IMG/VR virus record: IMGVR_UViG_3300033183_000354 | Location: 88,720 to 152,719 of that record | DNA: 64,000 nt | Strand: one strand, 5' to 3' | From: a virus | Part shown: positions 16,562 through 26,828 of the stretch, piece after piece | Layout of the letters: every line of letters starts with the position of its first letter | Position numbering within the stretch: position 1 is the stretch's first letter | Notes under the pieces: generated by a model | Database searches by the model: none | The model's input: only the letters and a program-made list of their open reading frames with translations | Told to the model about the DNA's origin: nothing | Position numbers and translations under genes: made by a program

Positions 16562-17298
16562 TGCAGTACTTTAAAAACTTTGATGATGTACTCTATAAAT
16601 TTGGCGATGAACAATCTACTGTCGCCTTTCAAGATATTACGACTTATATCGATGTCGTAGATCAAATTAAGGATGCAACTTCTTTTTACACTTATTATAA
16701 TATCCAAGAGTTTGAAAGACCTGACATACTTTCGATTAAGCTTTATGACACACCACTTTATTATTGGACTTTTTTCTTAATGAATGATAAGCTAAGGCAA
16801 CAAGGTTGGCCTCTTACAAATGAAGAACTTGATCGAATAATTAAAAAACAATATCCTCACCGTGTAATTACGACAAGAAATAATTTAACTGGCATCTTTA
16901 AGATAGGCCAAACTGTAACCGGTTCAAGTTCAGGTGCAACCGGTACAATCGCACATCGTCATCTCGATCTTGGTCAAATTATGCTCGATGATGCAAATGG
17001 TACCTTTATTGATGGTGAACAGATTCAATCAATTGCTGTAGGTGAATTTGAAGATACAGTACAATCAATCAATATTGTATCTTCAGAAGAAGAATATAAT
17101 GCAGCACATCATTATGAAGATGTAAATGGTAAGATCGTTGACATTGATCCGTATGTGGGTCCTGGTGCACAATTAACTGAAATTACTAATTATCAAAATT
17201 ATTATAATATTAATCAAGACTTACACCAGATTCGTGTTATCAAGCCAAGTCTTATTGATACAGTAGTATCGAACTATAAAAAAGCATTGAAACAATAA
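16561..17298 (+). CDS. gp53: baseplate wedge subunit gp53
   Basis: YFKNF, ERPD.LS.KLY....YYW.F.LMN...WP, HHYED, IRVIKP. Confidence 0.85.
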   Translation: MQYFKNFDDVLYKFGDEQSTVAFQDITTYIDVVDQIKDATSFYTYYNIQEFERPDILSIKLYDTPLYYWTFFLMNDKLRQQGWPLTNEELDRIIKKQYPHRVITTRNNLTGIFKIGQTVTGSSSGATGTIAHRHLDLGQIMLDDANGTFIDGEQIQSIAVGEFEDTVQSINIVSSEEEYNAAHHYEDVNGKIVDIDPYVGPGAQLTEITNYQNYYNINQDLHQIRVIKPSLIDTVVSNYKKALKQ

Positions 17299-17299
17299 T

Positions 17300-18685
17300 A
17301 TGACGACTAATCAAACTAATAATGGTCTAAATGTTGCAGATGATTTCGAAATCATTGAAGCACTTCTCATTACCGAGAGGGCGGGCGGACTAACATATGA
17401 CGTCTCGAGAATCATTACAGATTTTGAGATCTATGAGCATATCGATAAACCATTCTTAACAGCGCGTATAGCGATGATTGATGGTAATTCAATTATGGAA
17501 GCTTCTGATATTCAGGGCGGTGAAAAGATTAGGATTCGATTCCAATCTGTTGAAACAAAGAAAGAGTCAACTTCTATTGTAAAAACATTTATTATCGATA
17601 AGGTTATTAAAACTACTCGAGCGAATGAAAGAACTGATGTCGTCTATTTTAGTTGTTATGAAGACGTGATGCTAAAATCAAGCCTCATAAATGTGAATAA
17701 ACATTATAAAGGTAATATGGGAGGCATCGTCTCAAAGATATTATTTGAACACCTCAATAAAAGTACTATCGTTTCGAATGATCTCTTTCAATCAGATATT
17801 CAATTAATTGTACCAAATATGCATCCTATCGAAGCTGCATCATGGGTTAAAAATAGAATTACGAGTAAAGATGGATTTCCATTTTATCTCTATAAGACTT
17901 TAAATAGCGATGACTTTCATCTCATTGATTTAGGTACTTTGATTAAGAGAGAACCGATTAATAAGAGAGCACCATTCCTATATTCAAGAGGAGCTGCACA
18001 AGCTTCATTAGAACAAAGGCATTTGATTATTAAACACTATAAGCATGAAAATACAGATGACATTATGACTTTAGTGCGAAAAGGTTATGTAGGCGCGACT
18101 TACAATTTTATCGATACATTAAAAGGAATTAATCGTAAAGTTGATTTTGATGTGGCAAGTGATGTGTTTTATAATATAGCCGATAAAGATTATCTCGGCA
18201 CATCTCCAAGATTTAATTATGCACCAGATCAAAAGATGGATGATATAAAATTAAGCTCTTATCGATCAACTAATTATAGCGTGATCACTGGTAATGGTGC
18301 GCATACATATGATAATTATAGTATTAAGTCATTAGATGAAGAAGACTATCAGTCATCATATAAAAAGCGTATTGTATCACATGCGCTTAAGAACTTTATG
18401 ACAAAAACCCCTATATCCGTTGTAGTTCCGGGTCGACCTTTTATGAGAGGTGACGGTGACTATACTATTGGTAATGTCGTACGACTGATCTTTCTAGAAT
18501 CAACAAATGATGATCAGAATGAAAAGCGAATTGATACAAAGAAGTCAGGTGATTATGTTCTTTATTCTACTAAACATAGCTTTTCTGTAGCTAGTCCAAA
18601 TCGAATAGATAGCACATTGTTATGCGCCAAGCTTTCTTCATTTGATGTTGGTGTTTCTATTGGAGACTTGCTCAATGTTTCATAA
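17300..18685 (+). CDS. baseplate hub protein (gp27-like)
   Basis: IYE.ID.PFLT...GGEKI.I.F N-terminus; SGDYV...KH C-terminus; lies between gp53 and gp5. Confidence 0.65.
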   Translation: MTTNQTNNGLNVADDFEIIEALLITERAGGLTYDVSRIITDFEIYEHIDKPFLTARIAMIDGNSIMEASDIQGGEKIRIRFQSVETKKESTSIVKTFIIDKVIKTTRANERTDVVYFSCYEDVMLKSSLINVNKHYKGNMGGIVSKILFEHLNKSTIVSNDLFQSDIQLIVPNMHPIEAASWVKNRITSKDGFPFYLYKTLNSDDFHLIDLGTLIKREPINKRAPFLYSRGAAQASLEQRHLIIKHYKHENTDDIMTLVRKGYVGATYNFIDTLKGINRKVDFDVASDVFYNIADKDYLGTSPRFNYAPDQKMDDIKLSSYRSTNYSVITGNGAHTYDNYSIKSLDEEDYQSSYKKRIVSHALKNFMTKTPISVVVPGRPFMRGDGDYTIGNVVRLIFLESTNDDQNEKRIDTKKSGDYVLYSTKHSFSVASPNRIDSTLLCAKLSSFDVGVSIGDLLNVS

Positions 18686-19466
18686 GTTTTATGGAGACGA
18701 GACGAGATGGTTTATCGGTGTAGTCGTTGATAACAATGATCCATTAAACCTTGGAAGAGTCAAAGTGCGTATTCACGGTATTCATAGTGATAATAAAGAA
18801 GAGATCCCAGATTGGGCGTTGCCATGGGCTCAGGTTCTTATACCTGTTACAGAAGAAGGTACTACGGGCTATGGCTATAATCCTTATATTATTCCAACTG
18901 CGCAAGTCTTTGGTATTTTCTTAGATGGTAAGAGTTCACAGTTACCTCTTATTCTCGGATCTATTCCAAAAATTGAACAAGGATATGAATCAAGTCAAAC
19001 AGATGAAGATTTAGAAGGAGCTACTCTTGAAGAAAAAGCATTCCTTTATCTTATATCAGATGATCAGCATGCATATACGCCTATACAAGCTGCCGGCATA
19101 TTAGGTAATTTGATTCATGAATCTGGTTTAAATCCTCGTCAAGTATCTAAAGTACCAGGAGAAGATTCATATGGTATCGCACAATGGAATCCAGCAGTTG
19201 GTAGAAAACAAGAGTTATTTGAGTGGTGTAAATTAAATAAGCTTGATCCTTCATCATTGATCGGTCAATTAAAGTTTATTAAATATGATCTTGATAAAAA
19301 TAGTGATCAATATCGTATTGATAAAACACTTGGTGATTTGCAGAATGCTACAACTATTGAAACTGCATGTAAGATCTTTGAAAAGAGATATGAACGACCA
19401 AAGGCCGGAAGTACACAAGCCAGATTAGATGAAGCAATAAAAATTTATGAAAGGCTAGCAGTATAA
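18675..19466 (+). CDS. gp5: gp5 N-terminal OB domain fused to a phage-tail lysozyme domain
   Basis: WFIGVV.DNNDPL.LGRVKVRI.G.H...LPWA (gp5 OB); AAGILGNL.HESG.NP...YGIAQWN (tail lysozyme). Confidence 0.85.
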   Translation: MFHKFYGDETRWFIGVVVDNNDPLNLGRVKVRIHGIHSDNKEEIPDWALPWAQVLIPVTEEGTTGYGYNPYIIPTAQVFGIFLDGKSSQLPLILGSIPKIEQGYESSQTDEDLEGATLEEKAFLYLISDDQHAYTPIQAAGILGNLIHESGLNPRQVSKVPGEDSYGIAQWNPAVGRKQELFEWCKLNKLDPSSLIGQLKFIKYDLDKNSDQYRIDKTLGDLQNATTIETACKIFEKRYERPKAGSTQARLDEAIKIYERLAV

Positions 19467-21484
19467 TGGCTCAAAAGATTGCCTATAATACAAATATTAT
19501 TATCCTTGACCATGATCCAATTAAGGTCACGTCTGTACGTGCAAGAAATAAAACGTCACAATTCTATACTACTGTCCAAAACTATAATATTACTGGTAGA
19601 AAAATTACCTTAAATAAAAAATATCAAAATGTAATAGTTGATTATGATTATGATTTAGGTAAAGATCCAGAAGCAGTAACTAATTATGTTGCCTTTTCTG
19701 ATAAGTATTTTAATGAAGAACTTAGTAGTCTTATTAAAAGAAGTGCTAGTGATCAGTTATCAGAAAAGACTACATCTGCACAAAAGAAAAGAGCTGCAGT
19801 CGAAGGTACCACATTAGGTACATCTGTTAAAAAAACTTCGAGTGGTTTTACTTCAATCACCTCAAACTTTTCAGAAGTAGAGACTGCAACAGATGAAGTA
19901 GTCGTAGCATTATTAAGCGGTGATGCAACAGGCGTTAAGGTCGTAAAAGAATTATCTACTGATGAAGCTAATGAGATAACAACTCTAACAGGTAAATCAT
20001 CGAGCGGTGGTTTATTGAATACAGTTGTAGTAAGTGGTAATGCAGAAGGTATTGAAGAAGCTCTTGTAAATGTAATAGGTACGCCAAAGAGTGCCACAAA
20101 AGCAACATTAAGATCAGTATCTCCACATGCAGATGAAGTTGATACTGCAATTGAAGAGCCTATTGCAAATAATATTGCGAATGAATCTGAGAAGATTGCT
20201 ACTCGTACAGTTAATCTATTAAATGAACCATTTAAATCTGTTGATCCAGTAACTGGTCAAAAAGGATTTGGCTCTCTTGGTTTAGATTTTGGTAATATAC
20301 TTGGTGCTATTTTAGGTAAATCAATGTCATTGCCTCAAGTAAGAGCATTTGGTCAAGAAATACCAAGCTTGCCTGCAGGATTTAAACTACCAACTGGTTT
20401 AACTGCACCTCCTGCAATTATCGATAAAACGTCTTCTACTAATATTAGAAACAATTTAAGAAACCTTGCACCATTATCTGCAGCAGTTCAAAACTCAAAT
20501 GCTACATATGTAATTGGTCAAAATAATACTAAGTTTACATATCCTCTGCCAAGTACATATGAGTTTAAGACGATCGGTGGTTATGAAGAACTTGAAAGAG
20601 AACTTAGACTTTCGAAACGAGATATTACTACAGCTATCGTACGTTGGTCATTGACATATACTGATCAGTGGCTTGATGCAAATGATATGCACAAAGAACA
20701 TACTACTTTAATGGTAGATGCACTCGGTGGAACTGAAAAAGCAAAACGTGTATCTCAAACTGTAGGTATTCAATGGCATTATGTGATTCGGCGCGATGGT
20801 GTTATTCAAAGAGGAAGACCTATCGAAAAGAAGACTTATAGCGGAGTAGATGGAATTGATAACCATTCTATTCATATTGGGTTTATTGCAGGATATAATG
20901 GACCTGCAGGATGGGAACATTCAAAGGTAAGTGCAGATTCAATTAATGATGCTCAATGGGAAGCTTTTGATTCATTCATTAAAGCCTTTTATTCAGCTAT
21001 TCCGGGTGGTCAGATATATCCGTATAGTAAATTTAATACGCAATCTCGAGCACCTGGTTTTGATGTAGAACTTTATATTAGTGGTAAATATGGTAAATCT
21101 AATATTGAAACTGCAAGTGTTCTTTCTTCTGAAGAAGTTAATTCAAAGCCTGCAGCGGTAGTAGTTAGTCCTTCTCGCTCACCGCATGCAGACTTTCCGG
21201 CGCTTATACCTGATACAGGACCTGCAACTTCGAGCCTTTCTCCAGGCGAATATAATCAAAAGTCAAGGCAGGCGAATATCTTAAGTAGAGAATTAAAAGC
21301 TTTATTAAAAGATATAAAAGAAAAATATGGTAGACAAATACCAAACAAAGTACAAACAGACATTGATCTAAAAACTGCTGACTTAAATAAAATTGAAGAT
21401 GAATTGTATGGACTTAGAAGAAACTTAAGAAATAATGGTTATGTTTGGGACGCTACTACACAAAGCTTTAAGAAGGATGCATAA
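19466..21484 (+). CDS. virion protein with a C-terminal N-acetylmuramoyl-L-alanine amidase-like (PGRP/T7-lysozyme fold) domain
   Basis: IQWHYVIRRDG.IQRGRP...HSIHIGF.AG...QWEAF...PGFDV. Confidence 0.7.
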   Translation: MAQKIAYNTNIIILDHDPIKVTSVRARNKTSQFYTTVQNYNITGRKITLNKKYQNVIVDYDYDLGKDPEAVTNYVAFSDKYFNEELSSLIKRSASDQLSEKTTSAQKKRAAVEGTTLGTSVKKTSSGFTSITSNFSEVETATDEVVVALLSGDATGVKVVKELSTDEANEITTLTGKSSSGGLLNTVVVSGNAEGIEEALVNVIGTPKSATKATLRSVSPHADEVDTAIEEPIANNIANESEKIATRTVNLLNEPFKSVDPVTGQKGFGSLGLDFGNILGAILGKSMSLPQVRAFGQEIPSLPAGFKLPTGLTAPPAIIDKTSSTNIRNNLRNLAPLSAAVQNSNATYVIGQNNTKFTYPLPSTYEFKTIGGYEELERELRLSKRDITTAIVRWSLTYTDQWLDANDMHKEHTTLMVDALGGTEKAKRVSQTVGIQWHYVIRRDGVIQRGRPIEKKTYSGVDGIDNHSIHIGFIAGYNGPAGWEHSKVSADSINDAQWEAFDSFIKAFYSAIPGGQIYPYSKFNTQSRAPGFDVELYISGKYGKSNIETASVLSSEEVNSKPAAVVVSPSRSPHADFPALIPDTGPATSSLSPGEYNQKSRQANILSRELKALLKDIKEKYGRQIPNKVQTDIDLKTADLNKIEDELYGLRRNLRNNGYVWDATTQSFKKDA

Positions 21485-22887
21485 TGGTTGATTTTACTGA
21501 CGAATACTTTGACAATCAAAGAAAGAGTAAGGTATCTAAGACTCGAGGACGTGTAGAAGCAGATGCCTATAAGGATAACGATAAACGCTATCCTTTGCCT
21601 ACATATGAGAATCAATCTTCACTTAATAAAGCTACACGAGGCGGTAAAGAGAATAGAGCCTATATTGGCGGAGGCGATGTAGTAGTTGATCTCAATCTAA
21701 AACCTACTATGCCGTCTCGCTCACCTAAAAATCATGTTAAGCAAACAATTACCGGACATATATTTGAAGTCGATGATACAAAAGGCAATGAACGTATCTT
21801 ATATAAGCATGCAACAGGATCAGCAATTGAAATGCAGGCTGATGGAACTGTCATCGTTAGTTCGCTCTTCAATACTGTACGTTTTACTGGTGGAGATGAA
21901 AAAGTAATTATCGAAGGTGATGGTACAATCTCTTATAATGGTAATTTAACGCTTGACGTAACAGGCGATTTTAATCTAAAAGTTGGACAAAACTTCAATA
22001 TAGATGTTGGAGGTGACGTAGTACAGACTGTTGACGGCGGCGTTAAACATACAGTTGAAAAGAATTTCAAACAAATTATCAAACAAAACTATAGTGATTA
22101 TGTCCTTGGTGTACGTACCGAAGAGACTTTAAATGATCGATATATTATTACTAAAGGATTATTTGATAACTATGCACAAAATGATATCAAGCAATTTGCT
22201 GGTAATGATATCATTACAACAGCACAAAAGACATTTACTGCTTCATCAAAAAATATTAATATTATGGCAAGAGATCTTACTGTGATTGGTGATAGTGGTA
22301 CAATGGGTGGTGAGAATATTATCGCATATAACTATAATATGTACACAGGTCATTCAATTGAAGCCGGTGATACTATAACTACACCAGTTGTATATGGCGA
22401 TTTACAAGGTACAGCCACAAAAGCTATAGACGCAGATACAGCTCATAGTCAATCATATGGCGATTTCCATGGTGATGTCGGTTCTTCTCCAGGGTATACA
22501 GCAGATAATACCTCTGTCGATACAACTGCAACTTTATTGCCAAACAGTACACGTCTCACAAATACATTATATAAATCTGATCTTGGCATAAGAAAAGTAT
22601 CGATCGATCCAGGTGATAAGATGAAGAATCAAATCGATCGATCAGCAAAATATGGTGGTATTGCTACACGAAAACTTACGACAGCAGAAGTTAGATCAAA
22701 GATGCGAGATCCAATTACTGCAACAAATAAAGCATTTATTGGTTCTATGCTTTCTGAAGGCGTATTGTCTGCACAATATATTAATTCGATTCCACCTCGA
22801 ATTGGAAGAAAAGTTGGTGCTGAACCTACACCAAGAAGAAATAGCGAACCAATTGGTTATAGAAAAGATACTGGAAGGTTTGTATAA
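21484..22887 (+). CDS. gp5 C-terminal beta-helix (spike) protein
   Basis: HV.QT.TGHIFEVDDT.GNERI...HATGS.IE...DGT, then V.G.. repeats. Confidence 0.8.
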   Translation: MVDFTDEYFDNQRKSKVSKTRGRVEADAYKDNDKRYPLPTYENQSSLNKATRGGKENRAYIGGGDVVVDLNLKPTMPSRSPKNHVKQTITGHIFEVDDTKGNERILYKHATGSAIEMQADGTVIVSSLFNTVRFTGGDEKVIIEGDGTISYNGNLTLDVTGDFNLKVGQNFNIDVGGDVVQTVDGGVKHTVEKNFKQIIKQNYSDYVLGVRTEETLNDRYIITKGLFDNYAQNDIKQFAGNDIITTAQKTFTASSKNINIMARDLTVIGDSGTMGGENIIAYNYNMYTGHSIEAGDTITTPVVYGDLQGTATKAIDADTAHSQSYGDFHGDVGSSPGYTADNTSVDTTATLLPNSTRLTNTLYKSDLGIRKVSIDPGDKMKNQIDRSAKYGGIATRKLTTAEVRSKMRDPITATNKAFIGSMLSEGVLSAQYINSIPPRIGRKVGAEPTPRRNSEPIGYRKDTGRFV

Positions 22888-23522
22888 TGGCTATTACGAA
22901 AAATTATATTCCAGATCCATCATATAACCCTGAATTTCAAACTGAAATTACTGCGAGGACAAAATTGGCTCCTGGTATTAGTATGGCAAAGTTTTTAGCT
23001 GGCTATGGAGATAAGTCAAATCTTAATCATATTGCAACAAGACAAGAAAAACTTAAGTTGGCTAAACAATATTATCTTCATGCTCAAGCAGTCTTGACAG
23101 TATCTCAAAATATGAGTGACTTCGAAGAATATCGCTTAATAGTAGCAGAAGGTTTATATAAACCTGGACCAAGTGAAGTCTTACAAAAAGGAAGTATTAA
23201 TGAGAGTCTACAAAAAGGACTTGCTGTAGTATATGAGCTTAGAGATAATAGAGGCAATAATGCTCTTGATAAAACATTCGATCTTGCGGTTCATTGGAAA
23301 GATACACTTAATTTTAATAAACTAATCCTCGATTATGATACGTATGATCCAAATGGAAGTTTAAACGCTCAAATCATTTTGATTATGCCTCAAATATTTG
23401 ATCCATGGAAAGTAACTTATGATAATATTATTGAAACGAGATTTAATAACTATGTCCAAGCTACAAATGAATTAATTGAAATTTTACTTCCTAAAGAAGA
23501 AAGTACTGCTAAAGTTTATTAA
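22887..23522 (+). CDS. hypothetical baseplate-associated protein
   Basis: 211 aa ORF between the gp5-C and gp25 genes. Confidence 0.7.
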   Translation: MAITKNYIPDPSYNPEFQTEITARTKLAPGISMAKFLAGYGDKSNLNHIATRQEKLKLAKQYYLHAQAVLTVSQNMSDFEEYRLIVAEGLYKPGPSEVLQKGSINESLQKGLAVVYELRDNRGNNALDKTFDLAVHWKDTLNFNKLILDYDTYDPNGSLNAQIILIMPQIFDPWKVTYDNIIETRFNNYVQATNELIEILLPKEESTAKVY

Positions 23523-23555
23523 TAAATAGGATAGATACATTCTTAAGAGAAAAAA

Positions 23556-23999
23556 ATGGCTAAACGAGCATTTGCAGTAGAAGATGGTAACTTACAGATA
23601 AAATCTGTGACAGTTGCAAAAGAAAGGGTTTATAAAGATATAGACCTGACATTTGCGCGTAAACCTTCTGGTGATATTTACAAGAAGACTGATGCTGCAG
23701 CAGTGAAACAAGCAGTAAAAAACGTCTTACTTACTAATAAGTATGAAAAGCCATTTGCTCCATCTTATGGTGCTAACTTAAATGCACTTCTTTTTGAACT
23801 TGAATCAGAATTTGAAGATGATAAGATAAGAGATGTCATTAAACAAACTATAAGAAAATATGAACCAAGGGCTCGAGTTGCTGGCGTAAAGACAAAGATT
23901 AACCCAAATAATAATGCTGTTACAGTTACAGTTAATTTTCAAATCGTAAGCACTTCAGAAGAATTTACACTCGATCTAACACTAGCGAGGCTGAGATAA
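23556..23999 (+). CDS. gp25: baseplate wedge subunit gp25
   Basis: YKDIDL.F...D..AVKQAVKN.LLTN.YE.PF.P.YG...LLFE...YEPRA. Confidence 0.92.
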   Translation: MAKRAFAVEDGNLQIKSVTVAKERVYKDIDLTFARKPSGDIYKKTDAAAVKQAVKNVLLTNKYEKPFAPSYGANLNALLFELESEFEDDKIRDVIKQTIRKYEPRARVAGVKTKINPNNNAVTVTVNFQIVSTSEEFTLDLTLARLR

Positions 24000-25832
24000 A
24001 TGGCGACCACAATTAAATCAACTGATCTAGATTTTGATACGATCAAAGCAAGGTTGAAAGATTATTTAAAGTCAACCGGAGAGTTTTCTGATTATAATTT
24101 TGAAGCCTCAGGTATCTCAAACGTATTAGACGTATTGGCATATAATACTCATTTTAATGGGTTGACTGCTAACTTTGCTTTGAATGAATCATTCCTTAAT
24201 ACTGCTCAATTAAGAAGCTCAGTTGTATCTCATGCCGAAGCTTTAGGCTATGTACCAAGATCTTATACTTCAGCAAAAGCATTAATCAATATTTCTATTA
24301 CTATTTCTGCTGTTACTAGACCAGTTACGGTTACATTACCACGTGATACAAAGTTCACATCTGAAGTCAATGGTATCACTTATACTTATCAGACTCTTTC
24401 TAATTATACTGCAACTGATGATGGTTCAGGCGTTTATCAGTTTACAACTTCTGAAGGCATAGAATCAATTCCCATTTATGAAGGTTCATTAAAGACTAAA
24501 ACTTTCTTTGTTGGAGAAACCGAAGAAGAACAGATTTATGTGCTATCAGATATTACGATGGATACGCAAACACTTGAAGTAAAAGTATATGAATCTTCTT
24601 CAAGTAGTACTTATGAATCTTATACTAATTTAAGAGATGCGAGTCGTATTACTACTACCTCAACTCATTATCAAATTAAAGAAGTGCCAAATGGTAACTA
24701 TGAACTTTTATTTGGGGATGGAGTTACGACTGGTAAGAAACCGAGCGCAGGTAATAAGATTGTAGTTACATATCTATCAACTGCAGCAGGCGCATCAAAT
24801 GGTGCAACTACTTTTACTCCTTCATCTACGTTTACAGTTGATGGCACTGATTATAATCTTGGAGTTACTACTGTATCTGAGTCAGCAGGTGGAGCATTTA
24901 AAGAAACTATTGATTCTATTCGTCGTAATGCTCCGATTGGATTTGCTACTCAACAAAGACTTGTGACTGCAGAAGATTATCGTGCACAGATCTTATCAAA
25001 ATATGGAAACTATATTGATGATGTTATCTCTTGGGGTGGAGCAGATAATGATCCTCCTCGTTACGGTGCAGTATACGTATCACTTGACTTTAAAGATGAT
25101 ATTTCATCTGATGTGCAGACTGAAGTAAAAAATGCAATTGTTAACGATCTTACTTCAAATATCTCGATTATGTCAATCGATACTCTTTTCTCTGATGCTA
25201 TTACTACGTATCTCGAATTAAATACATTCTTTAACTTAGATCCTGATTTAACTTCTTCTACGCCTCGAGCAGTTGAAAATGATGTATCAGAATTAGTCAT
25301 TGATTACTTTAATAATAATCTGAAAAGCTTTAATAAAGTATTTAGAAGATCTCAATTATTGGCTACTATCGATGATTTCGATGTTGCTATTCTTAACTCT
25401 CGAATGGATGTGAAGGTACAACAAAGGTTTACGCCTTCATTAAGTCAATCACTATCATATGATGTTAAGTTTCCAGTAACATTAGCAAATCCAGATGATG
25501 AGTTTTACCGTATTACTTCGAATCGTTTTACTTATAATGGTGTAGCTTGCTTGATTCGTAATAAATTAAAATCAAATAAACTTGAAATCGCTGATATCGA
25601 TGGCAATATTCAAGTAGATAATATTGGTTCATATTCTCCAGATAATGGTACTGTTAATATTGTTGGATTTAAACCTTCTTCTATTGAAGGCAGTTCGCAA
25701 ATAAAAATCTCTGCTACTCCTTCAAATCAAAGTACAATTAGACCTTTAAGAAATTATATCATCGACTTAGATCAAGAGCTTTCGATTGCGTCAGCTCAGA
25801 TTGATTATCAAGAAACAAGAATTAATCTCTAA
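24000..25832 (+). CDS. gp6: baseplate wedge subunit gp6
   Basis: LDFD.IK..LK.YL...EFSDYNFE.S....LDVLAYNTH...NESFL.TAQLRSSVVSHA..LGY.P; Q.RLVTAEDY. Confidence 0.95.
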   Translation: MATTIKSTDLDFDTIKARLKDYLKSTGEFSDYNFEASGISNVLDVLAYNTHFNGLTANFALNESFLNTAQLRSSVVSHAEALGYVPRSYTSAKALINISITISAVTRPVTVTLPRDTKFTSEVNGITYTYQTLSNYTATDDGSGVYQFTTSEGIESIPIYEGSLKTKTFFVGETEEEQIYVLSDITMDTQTLEVKVYESSSSSTYESYTNLRDASRITTTSTHYQIKEVPNGNYELLFGDGVTTGKKPSAGNKIVVTYLSTAAGASNGATTFTPSSTFTVDGTDYNLGVTTVSESAGGAFKETIDSIRRNAPIGFATQQRLVTAEDYRAQILSKYGNYIDDVISWGGADNDPPRYGAVYVSLDFKDDISSDVQTEVKNAIVNDLTSNISIMSIDTLFSDAITTYLELNTFFNLDPDLTSSTPRAVENDVSELVIDYFNNNLKSFNKVFRRSQLLATIDDFDVAILNSRMDVKVQQRFTPSLSQSLSYDVKFPVTLANPDDEFYRITSNRFTYNGVACLIRNKLKSNKLEIADIDGNIQVDNIGSYSPDNGTVNIVGFKPSSIEGSSQIKISATPSNQSTIRPLRNYIIDLDQELSIASAQIDYQETRINL

Positions 25833-26773
25833 TGGCACATAAAATATCTGATTATAATCGTAGAGAAATAAACTTAATCCAAAGACGGATTAAAGAAGTT
25901 TTGCCTGAATATTTTACGGCAGAATATCCTGACTTGATTAAGTTTCTCGAAGCGTATTATGATTTTATGAATCAAGATACAACAGCAAATAACCACGATA
26001 TTGATATTCATCAACTTTATCGTGTAAGAGATATTCCTGAAACTGAACTATCGAATCTTAATCAAATCATTAAAGAGTTAAGTGCTGGCCTTGAGAATGG
26101 TGAAGCATTTACTGATGCTAGGTTTACAGCAAGAAGATTTGCTGATTTCTATAGATCAAAGGGTTCTCGTAATTCAATCGAAGAATTCTTTCGTGCCTTT
26201 TTTCAACAAGAAGTTGAAGTTGAATATCCTAAAAAACAAATGTTTATTGTAGGTGAATCAGAAATTGGTTTCGATTCTCTTAAATTTATTCAAGATTATG
26301 CTTTATATCAAACGTTCTCTATTCTTATTAAGAGCGGATTAGGTACGAGAACATGGGATAAACTATATAAAAAATATGTACATCCGGCTGGATGGTATTT
26401 TCAAGGGCAAGTAGTAAATGAAGGGGTAGCTGATTTTGGTATTGGTAATATGCCATTATCACTTAAAGATTCTGGAATTGGTCCTGTTCTTGTCGGTGAA
26501 GCTATTCTTACTACAACTGCTCCATTTATTCAAGATGTAGCATTTGTAGAAAATGATACGATTATTACTGGTATCGATAATAATCTTATCTCACGTTATC
26601 AGTCATTGACTGCAACTCAACTTCAAAATAACTTCAATGATATTACTGATCTTATTTCACCGAATGCACCTACATTTGATGATAGTGCTACAGAAGGTGA
26701 AGCCGATATGGCTGGAACAGTTTACACAATGGATGGTGCGAGATATACTGATAGTAATAACGCATATCTTTAG
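25832..26773 (+). CDS. baseplate wedge protein (gp7-like)
   Basis: LPEYF..EYP.LIKFLEAYY, FYRSKGS..SIE.FFR.FF, Q.Y..YQ.FS, VHPAGW. Confidence 0.75.
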   Translation: MAHKISDYNRREINLIQRRIKEVLPEYFTAEYPDLIKFLEAYYDFMNQDTTANNHDIDIHQLYRVRDIPETELSNLNQIIKELSAGLENGEAFTDARFTARRFADFYRSKGSRNSIEEFFRAFFQQEVEVEYPKKQMFIVGESEIGFDSLKFIQDYALYQTFSILIKSGLGTRTWDKLYKKYVHPAGWYFQGQVVNEGVADFGIGNMPLSLKDSGIGPVLVGEAILTTTAPFIQDVAFVENDTIITGIDNNLISRYQSLTATQLQNNFNDITDLISPNAPTFDDSATEGEADMAGTVYTMDGARYTDSNNAYL

Positions 26774-26793
26774 TAAAGAGCATAAACTTTCAT

Positions 26794-26801
26794 TATAAAT
26801 A
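26794..26801 (+). promoter_or_regulatory. late promoter TATAAATA
   Basis: Exact consensus, intergenic. Confidence 0.7.
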
Positions 26802-26828
26802 CCTTTAATCACGGTGTAAGGGATTAAG

